This document shows positions 9,860 to 18,228 of a stretch of DNA of 64,000 nucleotides, one piece after another. Numbering within the stretch: position 1 is the first letter of the stretch; each line of letters starts with the position of its first letter. A program made the position numbers and the translations under genes. Source of the DNA: a virus; IMG/VR virus record IMGVR_UViG_3300028573_000011, positions 31,442 through 95,441 of that record, one strand, 5' to 3'. Below the pieces are notes generated by a model. That model made no database searches, had not been told where the DNA came from, and was given only the letters and a program-made list of their open reading frames with translations.

Positions 9860-10933
9860 CTATGGGCCGTGGAGGCTGGGCATGCGGCTGCGGGCGCAGG
9901 CGGCGGCGCGGGTGATGACCAGCGGGGTGGGTGCGTTGGTGACGCCTCGGCGGGCGAGGTCGGCTTCGACTTCGGCCTGGAGGGCGGCGCCGAAATCGTC
10001 GAGTTGGCCAAGGAGCCGGCGGGCGGCGTTGTACTCCTCGTCGGTGATCACGATGTCGTCGAGGTTTTCCACAGACGTGATCGTTTCGACAAGTGAGGTG
10101 GTCGCCTTGGGTGAGTTGGTTGGTGGTAGTTGGTCAAGGTTGGTCACCGGCAACGGGTTGCCGGAACTGTGGCAACCCGTTGCCGGAAGGCTGGCAACGG
10201 GTTGCCGGAAGGGGTCGTCGCCCGGGGCGCCACTGGCGGCAACGGGTTGCCGGGAGCCTGGACCGTCGGCGGGGTTTTCCACAGGGCCTTGCGGCACCGC
10301 GTTGCCGGAAGCGGCCGTGTTGTCCACAGGGCGTTCCGGCACCGTGTTGCCGGTAGCGTGGATCCCGGGGTTCTGTTCCGGCATCCCGTTGCCGGGAGCG
10401 GGCTCGTCGTTGCCGCGCTGTTCCGGCACCGCATTGCCGGTAGGGGTCTTGGGCTCGCGGTCGATCGGCATCGCCCGGGCTGGCAGCGGCTTGCCCTGGA
10501 GCTCGGCCAGGAAGGGCCGGAGCGCGAGCGGTTTCGGCCGGATGAGCTTGCCGTCGTCGTCGCGCTCGCAGGGCTGTCCGTCGCGGCCGATGGGCTTGCC
10601 CTGGGGGTCGCGGCGCATCGGGATCGCGGGGTAGCCGGGGCCGGGCAGCGTCAGCTGGTAGGTGTCCGGGACGCCGAGCTTCCTGCCGTACTTGGTGATC
10701 TCGATCAGCCCGAGTTCGGTCAGGACACGGATGTTGTCGCGGAGGTAGCGGACGTCGGAGATGATCGCCTCGTCGGCGAGCGTCTCCTCGCTGACCTTGA
10801 CGTTGGAGCCGTCGGGGTCCGCGTAGGTGGCGAGGATCCCGGCGACGGCCTTGACGATCTGGGGCAGGTCGGAGCGTCGGATCCAGACGGCCCACATGTA
10901 GTTGCCGACCGGCTGGTGCTTCAGGTCAGCCAT
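9860..10933 (-). CDS. replication initiator (N-terminal wHTH, lambda O-like, internal iterons)
   Basis: N-terminal VKAVAGILATYADPDG...SEETLADEA...LTELGLIE wHTH; middle encodes repeated GNAVPE-type units that are DNA iterons. Confidence 0.75.
   Translation of the reverse strand: MADLKHQPVGNYMWAVWIRRSDLPQIVKAVAGILATYADPDGSNVKVSEETLADEAIISDVRYLRDNIRVLTELGLIEITKYGRKLGVPDTYQLTLPGPGYPAIPMRRDPQGKPIGRDGQPCERDDDGKLIRPKPLALRPFLAELQGKPLPARAMPIDREPKTPTGNAVPEQRGNDEPAPGNGMPEQNPGIHATGNTVPERPVDNTAASGNAVPQGPVENPADGPGSRQPVAASGAPGDDPFRQPVASLPATGCHSSGNPLPVTNLDQLPPTNSPKATTSLVETITSVENLDDIVITDEEYNAARRLLGQLDDFGAALQAEVEADLARRGVTNAPTPLVITRAAACARSRMPSLHGP
10065..10328. promoter_or_regulatory. DnaA-box-like 9-mers in the ori
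   Basis: TTTTCCACA at 10065 and 10275; TTGTCCACA at 10320; all in the same orientation. Confidence 0.6.
10149..10440. repeat. 8 iterons GGCAnnnnnTTGCCGG (putative phage ori)
   Basis: Copies start at 10149, 10171, 10193, 10238, 10293, 10338, 10380, 10425; quasi-palindromic (GGCAAC-nn-GTTGCC). Confidence 0.85.
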
Positions 10934-11040
10934 GGCGGCGCCCTTTCTCTCGTGTGCTCGGTCGGGGATCGGCGGGTCGGCCCGGCGCGTGGCCGGCGGT
11001 CCGCGGCCTGCCGGGCTCCCCTCCCGGCGGCGTGCTTGGG

Positions 11041-11694
11041 TCAGGGGCTGCCGCTGGCGACGAGCCCGGCGGCTGGCGACGTCGAGTCGGCGCCCCAGGG
11101 ACGGCCCGGGTCCCGCAGGCCCGCGGTGACGAGCGCGCTGAGGATGGCGGGAAGGGTCGCGTCTCCTATCCCGGGCCGGCTGCGCAGGTCGGCGTCAGAG
11201 GCGGCCATGAGTTCGGCGACGGTGTGGATGCCGGCCCGGCGCAGCCGGTTGTGCACCTTGACGGGCAGCGCGAGCGTCCACAGCGGGGCGTCGGGGTTGA
11301 GGGGCGTCTGCGGGGCCGCCAGCTGGGCGGCCCGGGCCGCGCGCGAGGTGTCCCGGAGCGCGTGGGTCGGCGGTGTGCCCAGCATCAGGGGCGCGTGCAC
11401 GGCGGGAGGCGTAGCCCGAATCGCGTCTCGCGCCTGGGCCAGGGCCCGCTTGCCGTACGCGGTGATCATCAATCCCCCGCGTTGGCGCTCAAGGAACCCG
11501 TCGCGCACTAGGTAGCTGGCAACATTCGCGACGTGGTTGGCGGACCGGCCGATGCGCAGCGCGATCTCGGCGGGTCGCGCGCAGGGCTGCTTGGCGCACG
11601 CCGACAGCAGCAGGTAGTCCATCCCGTTCAGCCCGAGGTGCCTCAGGCGGTAGGTGTCGGCGTGGCGCTGCTGGGTGCCGGGGAGTGTGGTCAC
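11041..11694 (-). CDS. winged-HTH fused to an RNA polymerase alpha-CTD-like domain
   Basis: N-terminal RPAEIALRIGRS...YLVRDGFLER...ITAYG; C-terminal LALPVKVHNRLRRAGIHTVAELMAASDADLRSRPGIG matches the alphaCTD HhH pattern. Confidence 0.75.
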   Translation of the reverse strand: MTTLPGTQQRHADTYRLRHLGLNGMDYLLLSACAKQPCARPAEIALRIGRSANHVANVASYLVRDGFLERQRGGLMITAYGKRALAQARDAIRATPPAVHAPLMLGTPPTHALRDTSRAARAAQLAAPQTPLNPDAPLWTLALPVKVHNRLRRAGIHTVAELMAASDADLRSRPGIGDATLPAILSALVTAGLRDPGRPWGADSTSPAAGLVASGSP

Positions 11695-12179
11695 GGGGTA
11701 GCTCCGATCGTCCAGATGCGGATGAGCACACCCGGAGCGGCTGGCGCGAGGGGGTGCTGGCCCGGGTAGTACTTGCCGGTGTCGCGGTACTCGACGACCT
11801 GGGCGTCGTCGAGCCACGCCAGGCCCTTGAGCGCGTCCTCGGTGGAGCGCAGCAGCTTGGACAGGTCCGGGGTGCAGCTGGGCAGCACGCGGCCCTTCGG
11901 CATGCGCTGGGGCGGCTGGAGCGTGAAGATCATGGAGGCGGCCAGTGCGCCGGCCAGGGGCGCGCAGTTGGCAGCGGCGTCAGCAACAGCCGCGCGCCAG
12001 GGCTTCACCTTGGCCGAGGACTCGACGAGGATCGGCGTGCGGCCGCCGTTCTTCGCGGCCCGCGTCCCGACCGCCTTCTTCGAGCCCTGCGGGCCGGGCG
12101 TGCCGCTCACGGCGAGCTGGATGGCGGGGTCGGTGTCCAGGTTGAGGCACCGGGCGCAGCAAGTGGTCGGGAAGTTCAT
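11691..12179 (-). CDS. rusA: RusA-family Holliday junction resolvase
   Basis: GTPGPQGSK; PDLSKLLRSTEDAL; WLDDAQVV. Confidence 0.85.
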   Translation of the reverse strand: MNFPTTCCARCLNLDTDPAIQLAVSGTPGPQGSKKAVGTRAAKNGGRTPILVESSAKVKPWRAAVADAAANCAPLAGALAASMIFTLQPPQRMPKGRVLPSCTPDLSKLLRSTEDALKGLAWLDDAQVVEYRDTGKYYPGQHPLAPAAPGVLIRIWTIGATP

Positions 12180-13918
12180 GCTGTCACCAGCTCGCGGTCA
12201 AGCTCGATCCCGTGGATGATCTCGGAGAGCGCCGAGACGATGACCTCGGCGGGCGGGGGCGTGACCGCGTTGCCGTAGAGCCTGGTAGCGACCTCAGCGC
12301 TGATGTCGTCGGGCATCACGAAGTCGTCGTCGAAGGCCATGCCCCTGTGCGACTCGTCGATCTTCATCATCCGGAACAGCACGGACTCCAGGCCCATGCG
12401 CTCGGCGGTCCTGGCCGCCTCGGCGCCGAGCCGGGCGATAGCATCCGTGTGCCGCTTGTCGTCGTCGGCCCGGCCCGCGTCGTCCTTCTTCAGCTCCCGG
12501 GTCTTCAGGGTGATCTCCTGGATCCGCTCGACGGACTGGATGATGTGCCGCGGGTCGACCTCCAAGCTGTTGTGGGCGCGGGACAGGGCGTAGCGGTCGC
12601 GGGTGGTCAGGGTGCCCATGGGCTCGTCGGCGGGCGCGGCGTTGCCGTTGCCGTAGTAGGGCACCATCAGGTCGAGCGTCGGCTGCTGCATCAGGCCGAT
12701 GTGGTTGCCGTTCGCGGTCAGGGTCGGCATCGGTGCGGCGGTCTTGCGGGCGCCGTTCAGGGAGCCCCCGCCGCGCATGGTGATGAGCATCGGCGGGATC
12801 GTGACGCTGGCGGTGCCCGTGTGCTGCCGGGCCCAGGCGGCCGATCTGCCTTCGGTGTCGTGCGCGATTTCGATGGGGGGCACAGCGATGCCGTCGGACT
12901 CGCGGGTGGTCCTGGTCGGCATGGGCTCGGAGACGGGCGTCGGGCTGGTCCGCCAGGTGCCGCCCGCCGGGACGAGGAAGGGCTCTCCGTACTTGACGAC
13001 ACCCATGCCGATGCGGGCCATGGTCATGGGGGCGAGCGGCGCCTCGCGGTCCCCGATCGCGGTGATCGGCTTGGTGAAGTCGAGGGCTGTCGCCGCGCCG
13101 ATGACTTCGGGGTGGACGACCTGTCCGCGGCAGTCGCTGTTCGGGCAGCGGTAAACGTACTGTCCGCTCTTGATCCCGTAGACGCCCATATCCTTGCGCG
13201 GGTCCTTGAACACCTGCATCGCCCACACTCGGCGGTCGCAGCGCGGGCACCAGGCGCGGGGCCGCAGCCACTTGTCCCAGTCGGGGTCGCGGCCGAGGGC
13301 TTCGAGCCAGTACGCCAGGTACGCGCGGTCGCGGGACTGCGGGCAGCGCTTGGTACGCACCGGGACGGCGTGTGCCGAGTTCAGCGCGATCAGCTTGGTC
13401 TTGTAGCCGAGCATGTGGAACCGGTGCAGGTACTTGTCCCACTCGGCCCACTTGCGGACCTGCGGCACGTTCTCCACGACGCCAGCCAGCACCGGAAATC
13501 CGGTCAGCCACATGGCTTCCAGATACAGGGGCACCTCGGTCATCAGCGCGCGGGAACGGATCCCCGTCTCGGAGATCTCCGGCTCCAGCCCGGGGATGGC
13601 GTACTGGTTGATCTTGTCGAACCACATCGGGCGGCCGGCGGCGTCGGTCCAGTGCGGGCAGGCCGGGGAGTCCCACTTGAACGCGCGCGGCTTGCGCTTG
13701 CTCACGCAGGTCGTCTGGATGTCGGTCTGGAGGTGCTCGGCGTCCGGGAAGTTCAGCGCATGCACGCGGATCGCGTGCGGACTGTGGTTGATGCCCTCAA
13801 CGACCCTGATGCCGGGAACCTTCCGGAGCGCCTGGGAGGAGCCGCCGGCACCGCAGAAGCCGTCTCCGGCTTCGATGTCGCCGTCGCGGTCGCGGCCACA
13901 GGTCAGCAGCGAGGTCAT
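12176..13918 (-). CDS. C5 DNA cytosine methyltransferase
   Basis: Motifs FCGAGG (I), SPAC (IV), ENV (VI), PQSRDR (VIII), GNAV (X); no cognate endonuclease nearby. Confidence 0.9.
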   Translation of the reverse strand: MTSLLTCGRDRDGDIEAGDGFCGAGGSSQALRKVPGIRVVEGINHSPHAIRVHALNFPDAEHLQTDIQTTCVSKRKPRAFKWDSPACPHWTDAAGRPMWFDKINQYAIPGLEPEISETGIRSRALMTEVPLYLEAMWLTGFPVLAGVVENVPQVRKWAEWDKYLHRFHMLGYKTKLIALNSAHAVPVRTKRCPQSRDRAYLAYWLEALGRDPDWDKWLRPRAWCPRCDRRVWAMQVFKDPRKDMGVYGIKSGQYVYRCPNSDCRGQVVHPEVIGAATALDFTKPITAIGDREAPLAPMTMARIGMGVVKYGEPFLVPAGGTWRTSPTPVSEPMPTRTTRESDGIAVPPIEIAHDTEGRSAAWARQHTGTASVTIPPMLITMRGGGSLNGARKTAAPMPTLTANGNHIGLMQQPTLDLMVPYYGNGNAAPADEPMGTLTTRDRYALSRAHNSLEVDPRHIIQSVERIQEITLKTRELKKDDAGRADDDKRHTDAIARLGAEAARTAERMGLESVLFRMMKIDESHRGMAFDDDFVMPDDISAEVATRLYGNAVTPPPAEVIVSALSEIIHGIELDRELVTA

Positions 13919-14313
13919 CGGGCGTAGCCGTTGAGCAGCTGCATCATCTGCTCATACAGCGGGTTGCCCGGCAGCGCATGGCCTTCGACGACGCCGGCGA
14001 GTTCGACGGCGGCCTTGGCCATCTCCTCTCCCACCGGGGTGTGGCTGATCCAGGAGCTGACCTGCGTATCGAGCATGTTCCAGTTGGCGATCGGCATGAC
14101 ACGCGTGCCCAGGTTGGGACGCGCGTTGATCATGCCCTTCGCTTCGAGGATCTTGAGCGCTTCGCGCACCGCCGTACGCGAGAGGCCGTAGGTGCGTGCC
14201 AGAGCCTCCGGAGAGAGCGCGCCGCCGGGGGTGTATTCGCCGGCCGCGATGGCCTTGCCGAGGATCTCGGCAAGGCGATGCGGCAGGGTGCGCCTGATGA
14301 TGATCGTGACCAT
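13915..14313 (-). CDS. truncated GntR/FadR regulator, WhiH-like DNA-binding domain
   Basis: SRTAVREALKILEAKGMINARPNLGTRVMPIANWNMLD; 132 aa with no full FCD effector domain; RBS AAAGG before ATG 14313. Confidence 0.8.
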   Translation of the reverse strand: MVTIIIRRTLPHRLAEILGKAIAAGEYTPGGALSPEALARTYGLSRTAVREALKILEAKGMINARPNLGTRVMPIANWNMLDTQVSSWISHTPVGEEMAKAAVELAGVVEGHALPGNPLYEQMMQLLNGYAR

Positions 14314-14381
14314 AATGTGCCTTTTCGGTGTGAGGTAAGGAAGACCGGTGCGTATGCCACGATCCGGATCGTGAACAGATG

Positions 14382-14954
14382 TCAGATCGCGTCGGCCGGC
14401 AGCAGGCGGGCCAGGCTTCGGACGGCTCGGTATTGCAGGGTCTTGACGGCGCCTTCCTGCTTGCCCATGATCTCGGCGGTCTCGGTGACGGACTTCTGTT
14501 CGAGGAAGCGCAGCGTGACGCACATCTGCTGCTGCTCGTTGAGCCGTTTGACGGCGCTGCGGAGTACGCAGTTGTCCAGGTACGTCACGATGGCGTCCTC
14601 GGTCGACGGCTCCAGCTCATCGCCGTCGAGCATTTCGCCGGTCGAGACCTCCCGGCGGTGGCGACTCGACTTGAAGTTGTCCGCGATGAGGTTGCGGGCG
14701 ATGGTGATGAGCCACGCTCCGAGGTCCTTGCCCTGCCAGCTGAAGGTGGTGATCCGGCACAACGCGCGGACGAACGTCTCGCTGGTGAGGTCTTCGGCCA
14801 GCGGACGGGTGGCGACGCGGTAGTAGATGAAGCGGAACACCGTGTCGCGGTAGGCGACATACAGCTCGCCGAAGGCTTCTCGGTCGCCGGCCTGGGCAGC
14901 CGTGACGATCTCCACCATTCGCTCGTGCGCGAGCACCTGGGTGCGGTCAGTCAT
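14382..14954 (-). CDS. bldN: ECF sigma factor, BldN/AdsA-like
   Basis: AQAGD.EAFG.LY...FIYYRV...AEDLTSETF.RAL.RI.TF.WQG.D.GAWL.TIARNL.AD.FKSSR...GEMLD...CVTLRFL...EGA.KTLQYRAVR.LARLLP closely follows BldN as I recall it. Confidence 0.85.
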   Translation of the reverse strand: MTDRTQVLAHERMVEIVTAAQAGDREAFGELYVAYRDTVFRFIYYRVATRPLAEDLTSETFVRALCRITTFSWQGKDLGAWLITIARNLIADNFKSSRHRREVSTGEMLDGDELEPSTEDAIVTYLDNCVLRSAVKRLNEQQQMCVTLRFLEQKSVTETAEIMGKQEGAVKTLQYRAVRSLARLLPADAI

Positions 14955-15386
14955 CGTGGAGTCCTGGGGTTGGTCTGGGTGAGGGGACAGAGACCGGTGC
15001 TGCGCGTCGTGCCGTGCGCCTGTGTAGGGCCTTCTCGATCAGCGACAGCGAGGCGCCGACCGCGATCACGGTCACCAGGAAGATCAGGGCGAGCAGCAGG
15101 CTGGCCAGCGGGTCGACGCAGATGGCGCCGAGGATGCGCCAGCTGGCGGTAAAGATCCGGAAGATCACCGCGGGGAGCCCGCGGAGCTGCCGACGGTCAC
15201 GCCGCGGCGAGGTGAAGAAGACATGCCGAATACGGCTTTCGAGAGTGATGAATGCGACGTGCTGCGAAACCGGCGGGCGCGCACTCCAGGAGAATCGCTC
15301 GAAACTCGACGCGCGCCCGTCGGCGATGAAGGCCCAGCCCGCCCGACCGGGGGGGAAGAGAGGCGGGCTGGGCCGCTCGGGGGCCG

Positions 15387-15620
15387 CTACTCGGCGGCGG
15401 CCGGTTCCTGCATTGGCGGCGCGTGCGCGAGTGGGGGCGTCGTAGCCCAGCGGGACGGCGGGACGTGCTCGAAGGCTTCGGCGCGACCCGCCCTCGGGCG
15501 CCGCGGCGGGATGATCGGCTCGTCCTTGTCGCGGCGGATCGCCACGTAGCTCATGGCCACACCGACGCCGATGCAGATGCCGACCAGCAGCACGGCGCCG
15601 TAGGACAGGAACGTCATCAT
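15387..15620 (-). CDS. small membrane protein
   Basis: MMTFLSYGAVLLVGICIGVGVAMSYVAIRR single TM helix; coupled to upstream stop. Confidence 0.55.
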   Translation of the reverse strand: MMTFLSYGAVLLVGICIGVGVAMSYVAIRRDKDEPIIPPRRPRAGRAEAFEHVPPSRWATTPPLAHAPPMQEPAAAE

Positions 15621-16516
15621 GACGCTGCCGCCGTTTCGGTTTCGGCGACCTCGGGCGCGGCTTCCGCCGTCGCGTCCTCGCCGACCGGGGCGGTGGCCGA
15701 GGGGAGGTCGAGCAGCCCGCGCACGGTGTCCTCCTGGAGAGGGAACTCGATCGGGATCGTGCACCCACCGCGGCCCAGACTCGACCAGATGATTTCGAGC
15801 TGTACGACGTCCTGGATGCCCCAGTTGCGCTTCTTGCAGCTGACCTTGCCCTCCAGCCGCTTGAGCTCGACGTTTCGACTGGCGTAGTTGGAGACGACCT
15901 TGGCGATGCGGTCTTCCAGAGACACACCGTTGCCGCGCTCCAAGGTCTGGAAGCACAGCGCCTTGGCCTGGTCCACGTACCAGAGCGGCAGTACCTGGAA
16001 GATCACCTCCCGGACGAACGTGGCGCCGATCCTGTTGATCGGGCCTCGGTTGTCCGGCTGTCGCTGGTCGCTCGACGGCACCACCTCGCGGCGTACCCAG
16101 TCGGGCACGAAGAACGTGGCGCTGGCCTCGCTGTTGTCTTCCTGGTCCCAGGCGAAGGCGCGGGCGTGCGTGCCGCTGTGCTGGCTGTCGCGGTGGAGCT
16201 CGATCGTGCCCCACACGGTGTTCGTCCAGCAGCGGGCGATCTCGCGTGCCAGGTAGACGCTCGCGCCGCTGGTCTGAAACGGCTTGCCGTCGTGGTCCCG
16301 TAGCGTGCGCCGGTAGAACGCCCTTTCCGCCACCACCGGGATGCTGCACGTGTAGGTCATCATCTTCCGGGCGCGCTCGATGTCGCGGGGGAACCGGCGC
16401 GCGGTGGCGATCGCGGTGTGCTTGTCCGCGATGAGCTGGGCCAGCTCCGCGTTGGCGTTCTCCCGGGCCACGATGGCCCGGTGCGGCAGCGAAACCTCGT
16501 CGTCGAGAATGCTCAT
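15617..16516 (-). CDS. putative single-strand annealing protein (RecE partner)
   Basis: Immediately downstream of the RecE-like exonuclease; ARRFPRD...AFY...GASVYLAREIARCWTN motif; not an obvious canonical RecT. Confidence 0.55.
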   Translation of the reverse strand: MSILDDEVSLPHRAIVARENANAELAQLIADKHTAIATARRFPRDIERARKMMTYTCSIPVVAERAFYRRTLRDHDGKPFQTSGASVYLAREIARCWTNTVWGTIELHRDSQHSGTHARAFAWDQEDNSEASATFFVPDWVRREVVPSSDQRQPDNRGPINRIGATFVREVIFQVLPLWYVDQAKALCFQTLERGNGVSLEDRIAKVVSNYASRNVELKRLEGKVSCKKRNWGIQDVVQLEIIWSSLGRGGCTIPIEFPLQEDTVRGLLDLPSATAPVGEDATAEAAPEVAETETAAAS

Positions 16517-16520
16517 CGCT

Positions 16521-17459
16521 TTACCAGCGCTCCCAGTTGTAGGCGTTCATCACCCACGGCGGCAGCGGCAGGCGTTCGATCCGGTCGGGGTAGGCAGGCC
16601 ATTGGCCGGACTCGGTGCACTCCCGGTAGAGGCGGATAGCCTTGCGGTTCAGCTCGCGGCCGATCTGCATCGCGTCGGGGTCGGGCCGGACGCAGCGCAC
16701 GTAGTAGGGCGCCGTCTTCTCCTGGCAGACGAGGAGGAAGTCGATGTCGTCCTTGTCGGCCAGGCCGAGCTCGACGGCGCCGTTTTCGTACCAGTCGGCC
16801 TGCTGGTGCCAGCCCTTCTCGTGCATCGCCTTACTCAGCGACAGGTCGTCGATGGCGTGGCAGCTCTTGAGGTCAACGATGACGAGACGTCCGCGACGCG
16901 TGAAGATCATCGAGTCGGGCCGGGCCCGGAGCATGACGCCGTGCTCCTCGTCGCGCCAGAACAGCGAGTGCTCGACCATGGCGTCGTCGACGGCGAACAG
17001 CGGGCCGGCCTCAGGATGGCGACGGACGATGTCGGCCATCGCCTTCATCCGGAGATACTCGTGCTTCAGCAGCGTGATCACGCCGCTCGCACGGTTCGCC
17101 TGCTCCTTCTCCTGCGTGTCCTTCTTCCGCCGGTTCTGCTCGTCGAGCATGACGACTTCGGGGTCGCCGCCGAACAGCTCGCTGTGCAGCGCGGTCCCGA
17201 ACTCCATCTCGGGGGTCGCGATGCGGCCGTGGAGGCGGTCGTAGTCGAAGCGGGCCGGGGTGCCCGGCGGGAGGATCCGCCGGGCGCCGGTGGAGGACAG
17301 GGAGCCGCCGGCGACGGGGTCGGCGTGGTACTCGCGCAGCGACATGCGCGCGCGGATGCCGGGCTCGGTGATCGGTTCGCCGCGGTACTCGGCCAGGAAC
17401 TGCGCCGGGGCGTCCGAGGCGGCCGGGTCGATGGCGAGGATGTCAGCGATGACGGTCAC
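16521..17459 (-). CDS. RecE/exonuclease VIII-like PD-(D/E)xK nuclease (DUF3799-like)
   Basis: EYHAD...LSST; FGTALH; EHSLFW; RARPD; IVDLKS; WHQQADWY; QEKTAPY. Confidence 0.88.
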   Translation of the reverse strand: MTVIADILAIDPAASDAPAQFLAEYRGEPITEPGIRARMSLREYHADPVAGGSLSSTGARRILPPGTPARFDYDRLHGRIATPEMEFGTALHSELFGGDPEVVMLDEQNRRKKDTQEKEQANRASGVITLLKHEYLRMKAMADIVRRHPEAGPLFAVDDAMVEHSLFWRDEEHGVMLRARPDSMIFTRRGRLVIVDLKSCHAIDDLSLSKAMHEKGWHQQADWYENGAVELGLADKDDIDFLLVCQEKTAPYYVRCVRPDPDAMQIGRELNRKAIRLYRECTESGQWPAYPDRIERLPLPPWVMNAYNWERW

Positions 17460-17751
17460 AGTCCTCGTCCCTTCGACCAGTCGGTGAGGCCGATGGTCTG
17501 CTCCCACGGCAGATGCGTCGGCCCGGCGGGGTGGTTGACGTGCGGCGGGTACTGCCGTCCCGCCTGCCGCGTCTCGTCATCGACCTGGGTGCCGGCGGCG
17601 ATGGCGGCCGCGATCGGCCGCCAGGCCTCGGCGGCCTCGGCCGCGAGTCGCTCGGCGTCGTCATGGGCGCCGCCCCAACCGCCGGTGTCGGTCAGCGACA
17701 CGGCGTACGCGGCCTGCTCGGCCGCCGCATGGGCGCGCAGGAACGTGGCGC

Positions 17752-18228
17752 TCACCACCGGGCCACCGCTTCCAAGAACTGGGCGTGGACCGCCTCGGAG
17801 GCGGCGCTGGCCTCCTGCGGGGAGCCTCCCGCGCGAAGGACACGGGCGTAGGCTTCGAAGCGGTTGTCCTGAACCGGGCCGGGCTGGGCCAGCACCTGCA
17901 TACGCACGCTGACGGTCTTGCTGAACGCGACGTCGTACCAGGTCCCGCGGGCGTCGGTGTGTTCCTGGCGGTAGTCCCAACGCGCGCGGACCTGCTTCTC
18001 AGCCGACTCCGCAACGGCTTGGAGGCGCTCGATGCGCCGGGAGTTGTCCTCGTACTCCTCGCTCGGCACGATCAGCGTGATCGGGTCCAGGCCGCCGGGC
18101 ATGATCCGTGCCGCCTGCTCGGGGTGCTCCTCGATCCAGTCCGCGAGCGCGCGGAGTCCGGCAACAGTGGTGTCCGCCAGTTGCAGCGTCGCGAGCGGGA
18201 TGTCGGGGTGCAGCTGGTCCTCGTTCAT
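17752..18228 (-). CDS. hypothetical phage protein
   Basis: Coupled ORF with GLRALADWIEEHPE motif. Confidence 0.65.
   Translation of the reverse strand: MNEDQLHPDIPLATLQLADTTVAGLRALADWIEEHPEQAARIMPGGLDPITLIVPSEEYEDNSRRIERLQAVAESAEKQVRARWDYRQEHTDARGTWYDVAFSKTVSVRMQVLAQPGPVQDNRFEAYARVLRAGGSPQEASAASEAVHAQFLEAVARW

Noticed and set aside
10149-10440. Spaced palindromic repeats as a CRISPR array
   Set aside because: Repeats are only 16 bp and degenerate, with spacers from 6 to 39 bp, inside a coding gene and with no cas genes; they fit iterons.
12176-13918. Restriction-modification system
   Set aside because: No adjacent restriction endonuclease; an orphan methylase, which is common in phages.
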